DNA from: Spirochaetota bacterium
GTDB lineage: Bacteria > Spirochaetota > UBA6919 > CBDBPB01
Length of the DNA: 64,000 nucleotides
Direction of reading: 5' to 3'
Assembly (NCBI GenBank): GCA_965208615.1
Contig: CBDBPB010000008.1
Location: forward strand, 32,001-96,000
Positions 58,441 to 64,000 of this stretch are shown in pieces. Position 1 is the first letter of the stretch. Every line of letters begins with the position of its first letter. The notes beneath the pieces were generated by a model. It was not told the origin of the DNA and searched no databases. It saw only the letters and a list, made by a program, of their open reading frames with translations. A program made the translations under genes and the position numbers.

Positions 58441-61400
58441 CTAATAAGAACGCTTGAAAAATAAATAGTAAATACATGGGATTAATAATAACGACGTAAA
58501 TGTCGAAAAAGAAAGACCCGCAATCACTGATAGGGCCATAGGTACCTGTAATTCACTACCCTCACCTATCCCAATTGCAAGAGGTATTAATGCAAAAGTA
58601 GTTGTAAAACTCGTCATAAGAATCGGCCTTAATCGCCTGTTAGACGCCTCAATAATCGCACTCTTAAGGCTAATACCTGTTTTACGTGAGCGCTCTATAA
58701 AATCCACAAGTACAATAGAATTGTTAACCACTATACCAATAAGCATAATAAAACCTATAAATCCCTGAACATCAAAGGACATATCCAATAAATAAAATAC
58801 CATAATCACTCCACTAAATGAAAATGGTACTGTAAACATAATAATAAAAGGTATCTTTAATGACTCAAACTGAGCCGCCATTACCATATATACCAATAAA
58901 ATAGCTAAAACTATAATGAAATATAATCCCTCATAAGCTGTTTTTTGCTCCTCAAATATACCCCCATAATTAATCCTAAACTCAGAAGGCAAATCAATTG
59001 TATTAATAGCATCCTGAATGTCAGTAAGTACAGATTGGGAGTCACGATTATATATATTACCCCTAATATAAATTACCCTCTGCTGATTTAACCGCTCTAT
59101 AACAATAGGGCCAACCTCCTCTTTCACATTGATCAAACTCCTTAATAATATCTTCTTACCGCCAGCAACTGGATAGGACAGATTATTAATAGCCTCAATA
59201 TTATTAATATCCGCTTCAGAAATGCGTATTCTAATATCATGCTCATACTCCCCATCAGTATAGCGTGTGGAAACCTTACCCAATAAAGCAGTCTGTAAGT
59301 AGTCCCCCAAAAGCCTTACAGATAAACCAGCCTCCTTAGCCTTCTGACGATCAACATAAACCGCATACTCAGGACTACCATACTCCCTTGACTGTCTCAG
59401 ACCATGTATGCCCTCAATACCCTTTATAAGCCCCATAATCCTTTTGGCTAACTTATCCCCAGCCTTAAGGTTATGACCCAATATCTCCAAACTAATTCTC
59501 TCATCACCCCCTCTTAAAAAGCGAAATATAAAAAAACTACTAGGATAAACCCTAAGCTTAACATTACTAACCTTGGATAAACTCTTTCTAATCCTAGAGG
59601 CAATCCTATCAGAACTATCCCCCCGAATAGATAAAGCCTTTAAAATAAGAATCATCCTCCCAGCATTCTCTTGCAACCTTCTATAGCCAGATTGACCAAT
59701 CCTCGCATATATACTCTCTATCACATTATTATAGTCTTTTAATAGTATGCTCTCTATCTCCCTAAACTTAAGATCAGTAGTCTTTAGGTTAGTTCCTACA
59801 GGAAGTTCTGCCGTAATTCTAATTTCTCCCTCGTCAGACAAAGGCATAAAATCAAATCCCATAAAGCCTAATAACAATAAACTAAATAAAAAAACAATAG
59901 CAAATAAACTCACAGTTAACTTACTGCGAGATAATGCCTTATTAATAAGCTCGTTATAAATACTAGCAATCTTATCCAAAAATAGTGATATGCCATTACT
60001 AATAAAAATAAATACTCTATGATTAGCCTTATTATTAAAACTTAAAAACTTTGCAGAAAATGACGGTATTATAGTAATAGCAACCAATAAAGATGCAATT
60101 AATGCAAAACTAATCATATATGCAAGCTGACCAAACATAACTCCTACTGCACCCTCTAAAAAAAATAGCGGTAAGAATACCACTAAACTAGTAATAGTGG
60201 ATACAGTAATAGGCATGGATACCTCACTAGTACCAATACTAGAGGCAGTCATACTATTTTTAGCCTCATCCTTATGCCTGAATATATTTTCTATTACCAC
60301 AATGGAATTATCAACCAACATACCTATTCCAAGAGCCAATCCACCAAAGCTCATCATGTTTAGCGTAAAGTTAACCCCCTTCATAAATATAAAAGTGGCT
60401 ATTATGGATATAAACATAGAACAGGCAATTATAAATGTACTCCTAACACTCCGTAAAAAGAATAAAAGTACCAATATAGCAATTAATCCACCAAATAAGG
60501 CCGCCTGTTGTACGTTAGATATTGACCTCTTAATAAACTTTGACGTATCCCGAGTAATGGCTATATCAATATTCCTATTTGGATCACTACTAATCTCATT
60601 TACCTCTTGCCTTATTCTATTGGCAACGTCAATAGTATTGCCATCAGGTTGCTTTACTATCATAAGTAATAAGGCATTCTTAGCATTCACCCTAACAAAA
60701 CTACTAATATCTTTATATTTATCCTTAACATAAGCCACATCCCTCACCTTAATAGGAATGCCGTCTATAGTTTTTATAACCACATCAGATATTTCATCTA
60801 TATTCTTAAACTTACCCTTAGTCTTAACAACGTACTTAGTCCTACCAACACTAAAATTACCAGCGGCAATATCAATATTCTCTGACCTAATAGCGCTAAC
60901 AACCTCATTAATAGATAAATTCTTAGCTTGAATGTCGTTATACCTTAGCTCAACAACGATCTCTCGCTCTAAACCACCGCGAACTACTACCTGTGCAACA
61001 CCAGATAGCCTTTCAAACCTATGTTTAAGCTCTTTATCCGCATACTCCCTGAGCTTAACCCAGCTCATATTACCACTTATACCCAAAAATATTATTGGTA
61101 TATCCCTTAGATCAAACTTAAAAACTATTGGTGTATTAGCATCCTCAGGCAGGCGTTCTCTTATTCTGTCAATCTTGGCACGAAGATCATTGGTTAACTC
61201 ATCAAGATCAACACCCCATTTAAAACTAAGCCTTACAATACTTCTCCCCTCCAACGACTGAGAGGTTACCTTATCAGCACTCTCTATTGTGGATGCCACC
61301 TCTTCAATGGGTCTTGTTATAAGGGTTTCTATTTCTTGGGATGATACACCCTCATAGTCTGTTTGTATGCTTATTATTGGAAAGGTTATATCGGGCATAA

Positions 61401-61506
61401 GATCAAGGCTAAGATCGTTATAGCTGAATATGCCTATTGATACCACCATTAAAGTTATCATTAATGTGGCTATGGGTCTTCTTATGGAAAGGTCAACTAT
61501 TTTCAT
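58441..61506 (-). CDS. RND efflux permease (AcrB/MdtB-like)
   Basis: SIRRP, GMLVDNSIVVIENI, AAQFES, GIVVNNSIVLVD, RLRPILMT. Confidence 0.93.
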   Translation of the reverse strand: MKIVDLSIRRPIATLMITLMVVSIGIFSYNDLSLDLMPDITFPIISIQTDYEGVSSQEIETLITRPIEEVASTIESADKVTSQSLEGRSIVRLSFKWGVDLDELTNDLRAKIDRIRERLPEDANTPIVFKFDLRDIPIIFLGISGNMSWVKLREYADKELKHRFERLSGVAQVVVRGGLEREIVVELRYNDIQAKNLSINEVVSAIRSENIDIAAGNFSVGRTKYVVKTKGKFKNIDEISDVVIKTIDGIPIKVRDVAYVKDKYKDISSFVRVNAKNALLLMIVKQPDGNTIDVANRIRQEVNEISSDPNRNIDIAITRDTSKFIKRSISNVQQAALFGGLIAILVLLFFLRSVRSTFIIACSMFISIIATFIFMKGVNFTLNMMSFGGLALGIGMLVDNSIVVIENIFRHKDEAKNSMTASSIGTSEVSMPITVSTITSLVVFLPLFFLEGAVGVMFGQLAYMISFALIASLLVAITIIPSFSAKFLSFNNKANHRVFIFISNGISLFLDKIASIYNELINKALSRSKLTVSLFAIVFLFSLLLLGFMGFDFMPLSDEGEIRITAELPVGTNLKTTDLKFREIESILLKDYNNVIESIYARIGQSGYRRLQENAGRMILILKALSIRGDSSDRIASRIRKSLSKVSNVKLRVYPSSFFIFRFLRGGDERISLEILGHNLKAGDKLAKRIMGLIKGIEGIHGLRQSREYGSPEYAVYVDRQKAKEAGLSVRLLGDYLQTALLGKVSTRYTDGEYEHDIRIRISEADINNIEAINNLSYPVAGGKKILLRSLINVKEEVGPIVIERLNQQRVIYIRGNIYNRDSQSVLTDIQDAINTIDLPSEFRINYGGIFEEQKTAYEGLYFIIVLAILLVYMVMAAQFESLKIPFIIMFTVPFSFSGVIMVFYLLDMSFDVQGFIGFIMLIGIVVNNSIVLVDFIERSRKTGISLKSAIIEASNRRLRPILMTSFTTTFALIPLAIGIGEGSELQVPMALSVIAGLSFSTFTSLLLIPCIYYLFFKRSY

Positions 61507-62687
61507 GGCTTATTGTTAGACCGAAGTTTTATTATATCCCCATCCTTTAAACGGGGATTATATGGGCTAACTAATCTATCATTTTTTGATATACCCTTAA
61601 GTATAACAAGTTCAGAGCTATTATAAGGATTAACTTTTATCTCTTTTATGCTAACTTTATCGTTATTTATTAGTTGCACCCATGTTTTTTGTTGTATCTC
61701 GTCAACCTTGACCGCCTTAACTGGGATGAATATTGCATTCTTTTTAGTATTTAGGGTTAGTTCTGCCTGACAGTAAAAGCCTGGTTTTAGTAGTCTTTTT
61801 ATATTTTTAACCCTTATCTCTATGGTAAAGGTTCTTGTTTTAGGGTCTATTGTTGGGTAAACCTTATATATTTTAGCATTTAACTCTTTATTAATAGAGT
61901 TAATAATAACTCTAACGTTAATGTTTTTTTTAATAAGTCCGTTTTGATCAATAATATTAGAGTATTCCCCTTCTGATAAGTTGATAATTAGTTTAACCTC
62001 GCTAATATCTATAACTTTTAAGATAGGCTTAGCTGGATTAGCAAGATCACCAACATTCAAATACCTTTTAGCAATTGTACCACTAAGCGGTGAGTGGATT
62101 TTAGTTTCGGATAGTTTAACAGTAATCTCACGTATACTAGCTCTAGCCTCATTAATCTTAGCCTTTGCAAGTTCGACTTGAGCCGCAGATGTCTCATAAT
62201 CAGCTATGGCATTATCCAGCTCTTGTTGGGGTATTATATTTTCTCTATATGCCTTTTTTAGTCGACCTAAGGTTAGTTCTTTATTTTTCATTATAACATT
62301 ATCTCTGTTTAGTCCAGCTAATTCAACTTTTAATACGGCTTCTTTTTGTATTTTACGTTCTATAAGTTCAGAGTTCATTAGCTGTACTAATATTTGTCCT
62401 TTTCTAACCCAGTCTGATGTATCAGCGTATAATTTAACTATTCTGTTTTGTTCTTTTGTATATATATCCACGGATGTTATTGCTTTTAGAGTTCCAAAGG
62501 ACTTTATCGTTTTACTATAGCTTTTTATATTGGGGGATATTGTCTTAATTATACTGGGTTTTTTAGTTTGCTTTTTAGGGTTAGTGCCTTGACTTATATC
62601 GTAGTATAGCTTTATAAATATAACTAATACTATAACAATTGGAATTACTATTATAACCTTTTTTATGATGGAGCTTTTTATCTTCAT
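61503..62687 (-). CDS. RND membrane fusion (periplasmic adaptor) protein
   Basis: N-terminal TM, VRKGQIL, IHSPLSG, IDPKTRT, LKPG. Confidence 0.9.
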   Translation of the reverse strand: MKIKSSIIKKVIIVIPIVIVLVIFIKLYYDISQGTNPKKQTKKPSIIKTISPNIKSYSKTIKSFGTLKAITSVDIYTKEQNRIVKLYADTSDWVRKGQILVQLMNSELIERKIQKEAVLKVELAGLNRDNVIMKNKELTLGRLKKAYRENIIPQQELDNAIADYETSAAQVELAKAKINEARASIREITVKLSETKIHSPLSGTIAKRYLNVGDLANPAKPILKVIDISEVKLIINLSEGEYSNIIDQNGLIKKNINVRVIINSINKELNAKIYKVYPTIDPKTRTFTIEIRVKNIKRLLKPGFYCQAELTLNTKKNAIFIPVKAVKVDEIQQKTWVQLINNDKVSIKEIKVNPYNSSELVILKGISKNDRLVSPYNPRLKDGDIIKLRSNNKP

Positions 62688-62721
62688 AAAACCTTATTAG
62701 ATATTTGCTTACTCTTTATAG

Positions 62722-64000
62722 CTATAAATTAACAATCCTAAACATCTTACTAGGGGGATCAACAATATCAAGCAAGTCAATCTTTGATATGGCATTTATA
62801 ATATCAGCCTCATAAGCTTTATGAGTTTTCAAAACCAAATGTACAAACCTATCCTTATGATGGCCTTTTTGTATTACCCTTGCAATACTAATGTTATTAT
62901 CAGCGAATATACCAGCTATCTTAGCTAAAATACCAGGCTTATCTAATGTGTTAAAGCGTAAATAATATTCAAAACTGCTCTCATTTATGCTTAGTATTTG
63001 CTTTTTCTCATAGTGTATATTTCTATTATCGTTAAACTCAAAGTTATAGGCGGTATGCTCGGCAATGTGGACTATATCCCCCACTACAGCATTGGCAGTG
63101 GGATAACGCCCAGCACCTTTGCCAACATATATAGACTCAGTAAGAAAGTCAGAGTTTAGTAATATTGCATTAACCTCATTTTTAATGTTAGCCAATGTAC
63201 TCTGAGTGGGTATAAGCGTCGGATGAACAGCAACAGTAATTTTATTTTCTTTTGTATTACTTGCAACACCCAAAAGCTTAAGGGTATAACCTAGCTCTTT
63301 TGCATAAGAAATATCCACTAGCTCTATGTTTTCAATACCCTCTTTGTGGACAGACTCATAGGGTACCTCTGTATTAAAAGCAAAAGACGCCAATATAGCC
63401 ATCTTATGAGCCGCATCACCACCGTTTAAGTCCAGTGTAGGATCAGCTTCTGCAAAGCCAAGTTCTTTAGCCTCATTAAGACTATCACTAAAGTTTTTAT
63501 TTTCATCCATCATTTTGGTTAGTATATAGTTAGTGGTACCGTTAACTATACCATAAATAGACTTTATACGATCCCCAACCAGAGCCTCTTTGATAGTCAT
63601 TATAATGGGTATACCACCGCCTACACTTGCCTCAAAACCAATTTCTAATTTATTATTGTTGGCCAGCCTAAATAAATCCCGTCCTTTATAAGCTAATAAG
63701 GCCTTATTAGCTGTGGTAACATGCTTTCCCTTTTTTAATGCACTTTCTATTAAATCGTATGCAAAGGTTGTACCACCAACAAGTTCCACTACAATGTGTA
63801 TGTTGGGATCATTAATTATATCATCGGCATTAGTGGTAAATATATTTTTATCTATACCAAAAGACTTAATCTTAGATATGTCTTTATCAGCCACCTTAGT
63901 AACATTAATTTTAATACCCCTTCGCCTATATATAAGGTCTTTTGTACTTTCTAAAATTGAATATACTCCGCCACCTATTGTACCAAGCCCTACTAAGCCT
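62722..64000 (-). CDS. hom: Homoserine dehydrogenase with ACT domain, 5' end outside window
   Basis: GLVGLGTIGGGV at the window edge, TANKA, FEASVGGGIP, NGTTNYIL, GFAEADP, DKPGILA. Confidence 0.94.
   Translation of the reverse strand, partial: GLVGLGTIGGGVYSILESTKDLIYRRRGIKINVTKVADKDISKIKSFGIDKNIFTTNADDIINDPNIHIVVELVGGTTFAYDLIESALKKGKHVTTANKALLAYKGRDLFRLANNNKLEIGFEASVGGGIPIIMTIKEALVGDRIKSIYGIVNGTTNYILTKMMDENKNFSDSLNEAKELGFAEADPTLDLNGGDAAHKMAILASFAFNTEVPYESVHKEGIENIELVDISYAKELGYTLKLLGVASNTKENKITVAVHPTLIPTQSTLANIKNEVNAILLNSDFLTESIYVGKGAGRYPTANAVVGDIVHIAEHTAYNFEFNDNRNIHYEKKQILSINESSFEYYLRFNTLDKPGILAKIAGIFADNNISIARVIQKGHHKDRFVHLVLKTHKAYEADIINAISKIDLLDIVDPPSKMFRIVNL

Overview
AT-rich (roughly 30% GC by eye) bacterial chromosomal segment, most likely Spirochaetota. 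The rpmH product has the spirochaete-type MKRTYQPS...LTVSDE form, a TPR/Mrr-like membrane protein is present, and several lipoproteins have relaxed lipoboxes. The backbone is housekeeping: kef-like antiporter, trpB2, clpP, rnfC, dapA, speB, TRAP dctPQM, nadE, ptsI, murA, lipA, hisD, speE, rpmH-rnpA-yidD-yidC-jag-mnmE, sat, a CpxPRA-like TCS, asnB, tmk, an RND pump and hom. No rRNA, tRNA, CRISPR array or transposase was recognised. The most interesting elements are: (1) a five-gene exported cluster at 47755-55324 pairing an intact caspase-like (His-Cys) TPR protein with a paralogous Cys-to-Ser pseudo-caspase TPR lipoprotein, plus an OM beta-barrel, a lipoprotein and an ankyrin protein; (2) three dispersed Pmp-like beta-helix surface lipoprotein genes with mosaic repeats and a conserved 3' DNA motif that is triplicated at one gene and also occurs as an inverted relic upstream of it; (3) a sulfur-oxidiser-type Sat without Apr; (4) rnpA broken at an A10 run; (5) several apparent pseudo-enzymes (KdsA-like, transglutaminase-like, Mrr-like). 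All family calls come from motif recognition by eye; no searches were run.
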